Both the position numbers and the translations under genes were made by a program. Under the pieces are notes generated by a model. The model was not told the DNA's origin and did not search any database. It saw nothing but the letters and a program-made list of their open reading frames with translations. 64,000 nt of DNA, taken from the sequence record MW057919.1; one strand, written 5' to 3'. Positions 9,091 through 18,065 of this stretch are shown here, one piece after another (position 1 is the first letter of the stretch; each line of letters starts with the position of its first letter).

Positions 9091-9340
9091 ACATGCTATG
9101 TAAGAACAATTGATCATTGTTCTCTAATAATAAGAGCATCCCACTATGGTCTTTTTGTGTCAACTTATAGTAATAGCCCTTGTGGCTAGTATGGGATATA
9201 AAAGTTATCAGATTTATCTTTATGTCAAGTCAAACTTGACATAAAGATAGTATTAAATCCCGGTATGTTCGCCAAAAGACACTGCTTGTTGTTTTATATG
9301 GCTTCTTTGCTTTATTCCCATTAGGATATCTGATGGTTTA
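9091..9340. ncRNA. Candidate structured non-coding region
   Basis: No ORF; inverted repeats 9103-9123 (8 bp), a multibranch segment ~9139-9200, and a perfect 16-bp repeat 9215-9230/9234-9249. Confidence 0.35.
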
Positions 9341-9436
9341 ATAAATATTACCCCGCCTTTTATTGGTGGGGTAATATGCCATCTTTATATCAAAAGACTT
9401 TTGAATATCATATCCCACCCTGATAAGGAGTAGACC

Positions 9437-9580
9437 ATGCAAGTACGAATTGAGGTAATCAATAGTGAGGGCAATCTGGATATCGAAGAACGGGTTGATA
9501 TCCGCCCAATGAAGGGGTTAACGGCCTGGATGGTCGCTCTAGCTATCAAAGGTCTTGTAGCTAGCTTTGCACGTAAGTAA
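9437..9580 (+). CDS. 47-aa peptide with C-terminal hydrophobic/amphipathic helix
   Basis: AAGGAG RBS 9425-9430; MQVRIEVINSEGNLDIEERVDIRPMKGLTAWMVALAIKGLVASFARK; bounded by hairpins at 9345-9376 and 9592-9613; not in the ORF track. Confidence 0.65.
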   Translation: MQVRIEVINSEGNLDIEERVDIRPMKGLTAWMVALAIKGLVASFARK

Positions 9581-9630
9581 GGCGACATAAACCCCTCTCC
9601 ATGTGGAGAGGGGCCTGTCTTTATTTTTTT

Positions 9631-10128
9631 TTATTTAGTTAACGGCTTGTTTAATTCATTTAACTGGTTATTGTTATTAACAGCTTCATTATGGGTAATA
9701 TTTCTACATAATTCAATTATGTATTCTACCTCAGAATAAGCTAATTCAAAGAATTCAGTTAATGACATATTAGATAAGCTACCTACTTTATACTTGAAGA
9801 AATCTCTAGTCAGTCTCCTTCTCAACCCACCTTCGATAAAGTCCTCTTTAGGATTTACCTTGTTTAACCACATGGGTCCGTTTTCTGGTGAACCGATATC
9901 GTAATCAAGTAGATATGCTTCTCTTGTTAAACGTGCTGCTGTAGACGGTCTTACTGCCCCTACTGTCGATAATAGTCTATCCAAGTGTGTATCATCTTCA
10001 GTTAACTTATCATAACCAAAGTTCGGATGTAGGATGTGGCCACTATCTTCCTTGAAGGTGGCCTCAAGACGACTATATCTCAGATCATTAACTACACCAT
10101 CCGGTTTGACTTCGAGGCCGCCAAAGTA
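9631..10128 (-). CDS. Start-less frame, probably the -1 frameshift extension of the gp77-like protein (chaperone 'T'-like / T4 gp51-like segment)
   Basis: Frame open from 10146 to TAA 9633 with no ATG/GTG/TTG until TTG 9984; overlaps the upstream gene in its -1 frame across T TTT TTT; C-terminal MSLTEFFELAYSEVEYIIEL resembles short chaperone C-terminal modules. Confidence 0.7.
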   Translation of the reverse strand, partial: YFGGLEVKPDGVVNDLRYSRLEATFKEDSGHILHPNFGYDKLTEDDTHLDRLLSTVGAVRPSTAARLTREAYLLDYDIGSPENGPMWLNKVNPKEDFIEGGLRRRLTRDFFKYKVGSLSNMSLTEFFELAYSEVEYIIELCRNITHNEAVNNNNQLNELNKPLTK

Positions 10129-10134
10129 AAAAAA
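10057..10134 (-). other. Candidate -1 programmed ribosomal frameshift signal
   Basis: Heptamer T TTT TTT (10134-10128), spacer ACTTT, then GGCGGCCTCGAAG (10122-10110) pairing with CTTGAGGCCACC (10068-10057). Confidence 0.7.
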
Positions 10135-11693
10135 GTTGACAGCATGTCAATAGGAATTAGGTGTGGGAAACGTTCTTTAAATTTAGTAGCGGCAGGTGAC
10201 TCACATACTGGACAATTCCAACTTGTAATTGCAATCATGCCAATTAGTTGTGAATCAATGAAGTTACTTACCGCATTAATAAAGCGGTCATTATATTCTG
10301 GTGTGGATAGAATATTAGTTAAGAACTTTTCAATGGTTTCACGATTAGTGGTTGCAGTACGAATATTGTCTTCAGAACTTTCACCATCGTCATCTTCACG
10401 TACTTTAATTTCTTTAACAAAATGTGAGAACTGACGAGCAATAGAGATCTTTTGTAAACGAGCAATATACTGAGAACGTTGCGGTCCATCAACTGGTTCA
10501 TTAAAACTACCTTGAGTCATATCGATAATTGAGTTAATCCAACTATCACCAGACTCTCGGCGCTCAGCAATTGTGCACATCTCAAGAACGACACCAACGT
10601 CACCAAACATTTCAGTTACTTGAGTTTCAATACGGAATCCTTCTTTATAAGTCTTAAGATCAGATTCGGTACATGCATTAAACTTACGTGCAATATATTT
10701 CTTTTGTTCTTCTGAGAATGCCAGTAGATCATATTGAACAAGCGTTGACATATTAAGTTTCGCTGTTTCAATATGGTTACATGTATTGGCATCTGCAATG
10801 CACGGATAACTGTAATTAAATCCATCTGGATACATAGTCGCCGCTAGTGCATGATGTAAGAATGGTTCATCAGCTACTGAGATAACATGCTCTAGATCAG
10901 TTGGGGTGTTGAACTTATAGTTGGATTGAATAACACATGCAAGTGCTAAACTACTAACCATGTTAAGTAACACAGCTGCCATGTTCGAGAACAGCATACC
11001 TTTTGATTCAGCGCCTAGCCGAATCTTTAATTGCGCTAGACGTGCTTGTAGGGCAGCTACTTCAGTACCAGTAGGTGCACGTAGTTTTACCCAAATACCT
11101 GAATGAGGTAAGAAAGTATCATATGGCGTACCGATGTTAGCTTTACGTGTTAGGAAAACTAGAGTTTCGTCATCGGTCATTTTACGACCATTGGTATTAA
11201 ATACAGGGCGGCCAGGTCGAATGATCTTTTCACCATAAGGAATTTCACTAGACCATTCAGAGCCTTCTCGGGCAGTTGCACCAATTGGTGCATCTTCAAC
11301 AATGGAGTGAGCCAAACCTTCCAGAATAGCAGCTGTCCACTTTACACCATCACTGGTGTCATCTACTTTATTATCAGCAAATGCTTTAAATAGTTCTTTA
11401 TTGTGTTCCAGGAAATTATAAACAGTCTGGGGGTTCTCACGTAGTAAAGTAAGAATACTGACACTGTCTTTAATAGCCGGTTCAGAAGCATCCCGAATAT
11501 TTCCAGTTTTAGCATTACGTGGAATACGTAGTTTAATTTCTTTTTGATCAGGAACGAAAGGTGGTGTTTCCACCTCATCATTATTTTCAATACTAGAGTC
11601 AGGATCGTGTTGCGCATTGATCTCATCAATTTGATCTAGTAAATTCTCTTCTGAAGTATCATCATACTCATTATCGAAGTCAGCAGTAGCCAT
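10092..11693 (-). CDS. gp77-equivalent; putative T4 gp26-like baseplate-hub/tail assembly chaperone
   Basis: 533 aa; VKLRAPTGTE...YSYPCIADANTCNH and WNCPVCESP Cys pairs resemble hub-assembly proteins. Family call is inference. Confidence 0.7.
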   Translation of the reverse strand: MATADFDNEYDDTSEENLLDQIDEINAQHDPDSSIENNDEVETPPFVPDQKEIKLRIPRNAKTGNIRDASEPAIKDSVSILTLLRENPQTVYNFLEHNKELFKAFADNKVDDTSDGVKWTAAILEGLAHSIVEDAPIGATAREGSEWSSEIPYGEKIIRPGRPVFNTNGRKMTDDETLVFLTRKANIGTPYDTFLPHSGIWVKLRAPTGTEVAALQARLAQLKIRLGAESKGMLFSNMAAVLLNMVSSLALACVIQSNYKFNTPTDLEHVISVADEPFLHHALAATMYPDGFNYSYPCIADANTCNHIETAKLNMSTLVQYDLLAFSEEQKKYIARKFNACTESDLKTYKEGFRIETQVTEMFGDVGVVLEMCTIAERRESGDSWINSIIDMTQGSFNEPVDGPQRSQYIARLQKISIARQFSHFVKEIKVREDDDGESSEDNIRTATTNRETIEKFLTNILSTPEYNDRFINAVSNFIDSQLIGMIAITSWNCPVCESPAATKFKERFPHLIPIDMLSTFFTLAASKSNRMV

Positions 11694-11704
11694 TTAAAAC
11701 TCCA

Positions 11705-12199
11705 TTATTGTTGAATTAGTTTTTCGTCCCAACCAGCTTCTCGAAGAGTGCCGATCATCGCTAGGATTACACCATCAATACCGCGTTCAATAGCGCCTTC
11801 AATACCAGTGTATTTAGTGACAAGTTCACTGATGAGTTTTAGTTCATCTTCATTATTTGCTGGACCAGCCTTACCTTGATGTTGTGCATATAGGACACTG
11901 ATAATTTTAGTTAATCGATTAAGATCAGCAATAACTGTTTGTAGATTCTTTTGGAATCCAGTAGGATCAGATAACGTCGGAATGATTTCATTGATCTTAT
12001 TAATAACTGGATTAATGAATACTTCAGTTTGTAGAATACGCTTACCTACAGAGCCTGCTAGTACATTGACAACATCCCAACCATCACGGTTAAGAATATG
12101 ATCAGCTGCGGCAGCTGATGCTCCAACTGCACGTTCAAATAGACGTAGAGTCTTTTCCTGTTCTTTAGTTAGAGTTGGTTCTTTAGCTTTATTTGACAT
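11705..12199 (-). CDS. Hypothetical protein (gp78 position)
   Basis: 164-aa ORF, co-oriented and closely spaced with the gp77-like gene. Confidence 0.8.
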   Translation of the reverse strand: MSNKAKEPTLTKEQEKTLRLFERAVGASAAAADHILNRDGWDVVNVLAGSVGKRILQTEVFINPVINKINEIIPTLSDPTGFQKNLQTVIADLNRLTKIISVLYAQHQGKAGPANNEDELKLISELVTKYTGIEGAIERGIDGVILAMIGTLREAGWDEKLIQQ

Positions 12200-12369
12200 C
12201 TTGTTATACTCCGATAGAGGCTTAATTTAATATTTGCCAATATAAATTGACAAATGAAAAAATGATTAGTTCAACATATATTTAACACATTTGGTAATTT
12301 TACACTATATTAAAGAATAACTATCTGTCCAACCCTATGTTAATAATTCCGTATAAAAAGGATATCGTC

Positions 12370-13227
12370 ATGAAAGATTTCATTGATAGTTATCTTACGC
12401 CTCTTATACATGAAGAGCGTAAAGAAATTATCCTAGACTGCGTGGCATCTTTTGAAAAGATCAATTATGTTGCAGCACTAGATGAACTAAATACAGTATG
12501 TCAGATTCAATCAGGTATCTCAGATAATGCAATGCTTCTTTCTCGCATTGATGATATCATTCGCATTGCACAAGATGAAATTCTAAATGAACATTTTATT
12601 AAAATTAGTGATGAGGCAACTCAGGCTGAGCGGCAAGCTGTTGTTAATACACTCCTTAGTTTAGAAGATTACATTATTCCAGATGAAGTGAATGATATTC
12701 TGTTAGCTGAATATTCACCTGAAGAGACATTAGCACATCTGGTAGAACTTATCGATACAAGTGTAGATTTCTTAAATATCATTGACTTAATTGAAAGTGT
12801 ATCGCCAACAATTATTAGTAATATTACATCATTTATTCAGTCAGTACTTACTACCCGTGGTCAAGCATATGGCAATGTAAGTAATGTCGAACGAATTAAT
12901 TTAATTAATCGTCTTATTCGCATTCATACGCGTGCATCATTTAAGTTAGCTATGGATCTAGTTAATGCGGGATTACGTGTTGGTAAAAGGAATATTGATG
13001 ACCTATTACAAATTTCATTTGGTCCATTAGATGCTATGACACCTATTGAAGTTGCTAAAGAAATTGTTGGATTAGTATTAATTTCAAATACTGAACAGAA
13101 TGAAATTAGTAGAACCGTAATGGGTATTATAGATGATTTCACATCTAACAATATTGAACGATCTATTATGGAAAATGAAGCTAAAAAGATTTTAAATAGC
13201 ATAGGTGATACTAATGAAATTACGTGA
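12370..13227 (+). CDS. Virion/head-associated protein (gp79 position)
   Basis: 285 aa from ATG 12370 with AAGGA RBS; overlaps the gp80 start. Confidence 0.8.
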   Translation: MKDFIDSYLTPLIHEERKEIILDCVASFEKINYVAALDELNTVCQIQSGISDNAMLLSRIDDIIRIAQDEILNEHFIKISDEATQAERQAVVNTLLSLEDYIIPDEVNDILLAEYSPEETLAHLVELIDTSVDFLNIIDLIESVSPTIISNITSFIQSVLTTRGQAYGNVSNVERINLINRLIRIHTRASFKLAMDLVNAGLRVGKRNIDDLLQISFGPLDAMTPIEVAKEIVGLVLISNTEQNEISRTVMGIIDDFTSNNIERSIMENEAKKILNSIGDTNEIT

Positions 13228-14563
13228 TTATTTTCTAATGGGTATCAATGCTGGATTAGATAAGAAACGAGCATGGATTAACGTTCTATTTAATATCGTT
13301 TATAACCCAAATGATGGCGGTGAATATCTATACAAGCCATATTTCAAAGATGGTAAAATGTTCTTCTATAAAGAAGGTGATTCTAATGATGAAGTTGTTT
13401 ATATCGACGATTATGTTGAAGGTAAACAACCATTAGCATTTCGAGATGAATTTATTTTACAACCTGGTGAAATTGAAAACTATAAAGGACCAGGTGCATT
13501 AAGAACAACTTATGGTAACGTTTTTGTTAACCATTTAGTATTATGTTTACCTTTCGGTGATCTGTTCCCATTCCAATCTGGTTATTTCGATATTGGTAAA
13601 GTTGAGAAAGAGATTCTTAACCGCATGATCGATGATCCAATTGATGATGATAATCCACCGCGTGCATCTGATGGTAAGTTATATGTGTGGCAATATCGGA
13701 TGTTTGCAGATCATTGTTTAGCATTACCTGCATATGCCAGTACCTTAGTAACATCCATTACTGAGAAATCAATGACCTCGGCACCAGACAGAGATAAGGT
13801 ACGTAAAGAACTAGAAGAGAAATATAAAGATAGGTTAGATGATCCAGCTGTTATTGCAGAAATGGGTAATGCATTAATCAAGCTAGATGAGGACTATCTA
13901 AAAGACGATCCTTCTTATGAGTTCTATGACACTAAACATAGTAAATTATTTGGTGGTGTGCGTAAGAAAGTATTTGGTATGTTCGGTGGGGAAGCGCCAT
14001 TCCAAGATGGTACATCAGTTGAATATATCGGTAAATCACTAGAAGAAGGCATTGACACTGACCATATGCCAGTAATGAATAACTCATTACGTTATGGTTC
14101 ATATAACCGTGGTGCACAAACAGCCCTTGGTGGTGAGTCAACTAAAACGATTTATCGAATGGTTGGTACAGTAAGGATTATTATGGAAGACTGCAATACA
14201 TGGATAGGTATTCCAACTACTGTTCACCAATTTAATAAGAAAGATTTCATTGGTTTGTCTTATGTTAAGAATGGGAAATCTATCCTTATTGAAGAAACTA
14301 ATATTGATGAACTAGTTGGCACTGAGATTGAACTACGTGGTCCAATGACATGTAAGGCCGGTGGTGATCCAGCTAATGGTGTAATAGGTAGAGGTAAGAA
14401 CGTATGTGCTGTCTGTATGGGTAAACAAATGTCAGAGAACCCCAATGGCATTCCGGCAGCAGCAGCAGGTGTTGGTGGTCGATTCCTATCCATCTTCATG
14501 TCTAAAATGCACAGTGCTGTTCTTAAGACTGTTAAATGGTCTTATCGCGATCGCATCAGTTAA
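13214..14563 (+). CDS. gp80: Virion RNA polymerase beta'-like subunit
   Basis: 449 aa; YGSYNRGAQTALGGESTKTIYR bridge-helix-like segment, RGPMTCK...VCAVCMG Zn site, AAAGVGGRFLSIFMSKMH trigger-loop-like segment. Confidence 0.88.
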   Translation: MKLRDYFLMGINAGLDKKRAWINVLFNIVYNPNDGGEYLYKPYFKDGKMFFYKEGDSNDEVVYIDDYVEGKQPLAFRDEFILQPGEIENYKGPGALRTTYGNVFVNHLVLCLPFGDLFPFQSGYFDIGKVEKEILNRMIDDPIDDDNPPRASDGKLYVWQYRMFADHCLALPAYASTLVTSITEKSMTSAPDRDKVRKELEEKYKDRLDDPAVIAEMGNALIKLDEDYLKDDPSYEFYDTKHSKLFGGVRKKVFGMFGGEAPFQDGTSVEYIGKSLEEGIDTDHMPVMNNSLRYGSYNRGAQTALGGESTKTIYRMVGTVRIIMEDCNTWIGIPTTVHQFNKKDFIGLSYVKNGKSILIEETNIDELVGTEIELRGPMTCKAGGDPANGVIGRGKNVCAVCMGKQMSENPNGIPAAAAGVGGRFLSIFMSKMHSAVLKTVKWSYRDRIS

Positions 14564-14625
14564 AATAGATGGAGAAGTTACTCAGCTTCTCCATTATTTA
14601 GATTATAACCCGAAAGGAACTAGTA

Positions 14626-16047
14626 ATGTCTAAAAAGAATCAACGATTTGGAAAGTTTCCTCAACTCAATCGTTTACCTGAAAAACCTATTGTCAAAGAC
14701 GAAGTTTTATCAGAAGTAACTGAAGATAAGCCAACTTCTGAAATTGGTCGAGGATTAACAAATATTGAATTAGTATCTCCTGAGGAAGTATATGCTACAG
14801 CAGATGATATTAATTCTTCAGTTAATACAGTTAACGATACCTCAGAATTAGCTAAAGTTAATGTAAATGCACTGCGTACTGACCATGATATTCCTGAAAC
14901 ATGGACAGATGAAAACGTCATTGAATGGTTTACCAATGATGGCATTGCTAAAGGTAAAACTGAACTCGGTAGCTTTGTATTTGACCCAACCCGTAAATAT
15001 CGTCCTTATGATGAATGGTCAGATGATGAACTAATCGATGCTGCTAACCATCGTCTAACTGGTGTAGTTAATGATATCGCAGATATTGCTGATGATATTT
15101 TAACTAAACGGGCTAAAGAGAATGAGACTACTGAGGAAGTAATTGTACCGGTAGTTAATGAAGATACTCTGAAACAAGATATTCGCAATACTGAAGACAG
15201 TATCAAGCTTGAAGAATTAGTCAAGCAACTGCGTATTCACACTAGTAATATTCCACTAGATTGGTCTACCCAAGAAGTGGTTGATTTTGTTAAACAAGGT
15301 ATTACCCCACCAAAAACACTACGTGGTAGTTGGGTCAATAGTGTTATTCGTGATAATGCTCCACCTACCGATTGGACGACAGCAGAGCTTGAAGACTGGG
15401 CTGAAGGACTTATTAAAAATAGTAATCTGATAAAAGATTTTAAAATTGCTATTGAGTTACGCGATCGTTTATTCTTACCTACCACTAGTCAAGATATTGA
15501 AACTATTGTTGAGCAATGGAAAGTATTCTCTGGTAAAGATGATATTAAACCAACCGGGGAAGTTAAAATCTTGAATAGTGAATCAACATCTAATGAACCT
15601 GTACTTCGTAAAGGTATGACCAAAATGAACCAAGTATTTATCGAATCTCGTCTAGAGCAGTTTGCCACTGGTGCTAAACCTGGTGACTATATCACTATCG
15701 AACGTGGTGGCGATGCACAAAAGAAACTAGATGATGTATTCAACTACGTAATGACAATCGAAGATATTGAAGGCTTTAAATCAGGCATGGATATTATCTT
15801 TGATTTCGTTAAGAAAAATCGTAATACTCTATTTAGTGAATCTAACGCACTTCGCTTTGTTGCTACTCTACCTACTCAGAATAACCGTCAAGAAGCACAT
15901 ATTAATCTTCTTACTCTATTCTGCCTATTTACTAGTGATGTATCAGATGCGCTTTATCAGGTAGATATTAACTATCTTGCACGTTTCATCCCTGAAGGTA
16001 AGCGGCAACTCGTTCTACACTTCTTCCGGCAGAAAGCTGGTATGTAA
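14626..16047 (+). CDS. Hypothetical protein with internal duplicated Trp-containing module (gp81 position)
   Basis: 473 aa; two copies of IP..W(S/T)...V..(W/F)...G....KT..GS.V....R.....W(S/T)..EL.D.A. Confidence 0.85.
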   Translation: MSKKNQRFGKFPQLNRLPEKPIVKDEVLSEVTEDKPTSEIGRGLTNIELVSPEEVYATADDINSSVNTVNDTSELAKVNVNALRTDHDIPETWTDENVIEWFTNDGIAKGKTELGSFVFDPTRKYRPYDEWSDDELIDAANHRLTGVVNDIADIADDILTKRAKENETTEEVIVPVVNEDTLKQDIRNTEDSIKLEELVKQLRIHTSNIPLDWSTQEVVDFVKQGITPPKTLRGSWVNSVIRDNAPPTDWTTAELEDWAEGLIKNSNLIKDFKIAIELRDRLFLPTTSQDIETIVEQWKVFSGKDDIKPTGEVKILNSESTSNEPVLRKGMTKMNQVFIESRLEQFATGAKPGDYITIERGGDAQKKLDDVFNYVMTIEDIEGFKSGMDIIFDFVKKNRNTLFSESNALRFVATLPTQNNRQEAHINLLTLFCLFTSDVSDALYQVDINYLARFIPEGKRQLVLHFFRQKAGM

Positions 16048-16048
16048 A

Positions 16049-16078
16049 CATATTGCCTCCCCTAGGGGAGGCTTTATG
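16049..16078. terminator. CATA-hairpin-TATG element
   Basis: CATA-TT-GCCTCCCC-TA-GGGGAGGC-TT-TATG. Confidence 0.7.
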
Positions 16079-16148
16079 CTGATTATTACTTTTACTAGGC
16101 ACTAATATAGTACGTAGATAAATATCAATATGTGCTGAGGTTATAGCA

Positions 16149-18065
16149 ATGTCTAATGAACAACAGGTTACAAATAAGAAAAAGATTAAGGGCATTGAAG
16201 CCAAACATATTACTTATTGTACTGATCAATTTGGTAAGTTTACAGATGCGCATTTCGTTAAAGAACGAATTCATTTTGAAGATGGTACAACTGCAAATAA
16301 TTTAAGGATGTGGGAAAACTACCAGCGTCCTTTTTGGATTACCGCAAAAGGAATGCGTAACCATAAAGAAAAGAAAGATTACGAATATGAGCGTAACTTA
16401 GTTAAATACATGTCAACTCAAATTGACATGAAACGTAAGATTAGTAAAATCCTAGGTGACTATTCGGCTAGATCTCTTCGTCAACTAGCGCGTAGTCCTT
16501 ACCTATATGGCAGTGATGTTAGTTCAACCTGTTATCTGAAGCATGATTATCAAGAACGTTATCCTGGTCTAATCTCTCTAAACACTGTTGCTGGCGGTGA
16601 CATCGAAACCAACGTTTATGAAGCTGAGAACGATGGCCAGATTATCTGTATGTCAGTTACACATAAGAACAAAGCTTTCCTAGCCTATTTAAAACGATGG
16701 GTTAGTGATATTGAAGATCCAGTGAAAGAGACATTAGAACAAGCACAAAAAGAAGAGGTATTATCACATCTAATTAAAGAACGTGGTCTAGATATTGAAG
16801 TAATGGTTGTTGAAACACCAGTAGATATTATTATTGAATGTTTTAAACGACTACATACCTGGAAACCAGATTTCTTCGCATTCTGGAATATTAGCTTCGA
16901 CATTGGTAGAATCTTAAAAACATTAGAACACTATGGTGTTAATCCAGCTGATGTTTTTTCTGATCCATCGGTACCTAAGAATTATAGGTATTTCCATTTT
17001 AAGATTGATGAACCTATGACCACCACTGCATCTGGGGTCACTAAATCTAAAGGACCGGAGGATCAATGGCATTGGATTACAGCACCCTCTAGTTTTCAAT
17101 GTATCGATTCTATGTCAACTTATCGAGTAACTCGATTAGCTAAAGGACGTGATCCTAACTATCGGTTAGAGTCTATTCTTAGAAAAGAACTAAACATCGA
17201 TAAATCCACGACCATTAAAAATGATAAGGACTTAGAAGATTTTATTGAAGGTTTTAATAAACAACTAGTTGACCGACCAGGCGGCGTTATTACTAAATAT
17301 ATTAAAAATGTAGGTAGTAATGAATGGGTACCGGTGGATGATTTTATATTAAATGATAACTTTACCTATGGTGATTCTATTAGATATGTAATGGAATTTG
17401 GTAAGTTAACCTTTAAAGAAACTGCACATCTTGGTGGTATCGATTGGCACCGTGAGATGCAGACTAAGCATAAAATCAAATATGGTCTTTATAACATCAT
17501 CGACTCCATTCGACTAGAACAACTTGATGAACAAGTAAATGACCTTGGTCGCTCTATAAGTCTATTCTCTAAGGCATCTGACTATAAGAACTTTAGTTCT
17601 AACCCAAAACGACTATGTGACGATATGCACTTCTGGTATTTGAATAGACCAGAGCCATGTGTCATTGGTTCAAGTTCAGATCAGATGGTGCATGAACTTG
17701 ATCAATATGTTATTGGCCATAATGATTGGATTGTTACACTACCATCATACATGGCAGGTCCAAATGGATTGCAGTGTGTTAAAGATTTACCGAATTATAA
17801 AACCTTAATCTTCTGTCATATCGCCGACCTTGACATCGTGTCGACATATCCTAACGTTAGTCAGATTCTAAATATTGCACGTGAAACATGTGTGATGGAA
17901 TTCTCAATGATGGAAGGAATTAGTGAACACCATCGCCGTGAAGTTGGCGTAAACTTAACAGGTGGTAGGGTTAATGCTATTGAAATCACACAGAAGATCA
18001 TGGGTGCTCCTAAAATGGACACCCTGCTAGAGAAGTTTATTAATACCTATAAGAACCCAAAGTAA
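16149..18065 (+). CDS. gp82: Split family-B DNA polymerase subunit: 3'-5' exonuclease plus motif A (gp82 equivalent)
   Basis: ExoI GGDIET, ExoII FWNISFDI, ExoIII YNIIDS, PolB motif A DLDIVSTYPN near the C-terminus; motifs B and C absent. Confidence 0.85.
   Translation: MSNEQQVTNKKKIKGIEAKHITYCTDQFGKFTDAHFVKERIHFEDGTTANNLRMWENYQRPFWITAKGMRNHKEKKDYEYERNLVKYMSTQIDMKRKISKILGDYSARSLRQLARSPYLYGSDVSSTCYLKHDYQERYPGLISLNTVAGGDIETNVYEAENDGQIICMSVTHKNKAFLAYLKRWVSDIEDPVKETLEQAQKEEVLSHLIKERGLDIEVMVVETPVDIIIECFKRLHTWKPDFFAFWNISFDIGRILKTLEHYGVNPADVFSDPSVPKNYRYFHFKIDEPMTTTASGVTKSKGPEDQWHWITAPSSFQCIDSMSTYRVTRLAKGRDPNYRLESILRKELNIDKSTTIKNDKDLEDFIEGFNKQLVDRPGGVITKYIKNVGSNEWVPVDDFILNDNFTYGDSIRYVMEFGKLTFKETAHLGGIDWHREMQTKHKIKYGLYNIIDSIRLEQLDEQVNDLGRSISLFSKASDYKNFSSNPKRLCDDMHFWYLNRPEPCVIGSSSDQMVHELDQYVIGHNDWIVTLPSYMAGPNGLQCVKDLPNYKTLIFCHIADLDIVSTYPNVSQILNIARETCVMEFSMMEGISEHHRREVGVNLTGGRVNAIEITQKIMGAPKMDTLLEKFINTYKNPK

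Noticed and set aside
9236-9265. Host sigma70 promoter from TTGACA in the 16-bp palindrome
   Set aside because: No -10 hexamer at 16-18 nt spacing on either strand.
10036-10434. 132-aa plus-strand ORF
   Set aside because: Antisense to the gp77-like gene and its -1 extension; no RBS; no recognisable features.
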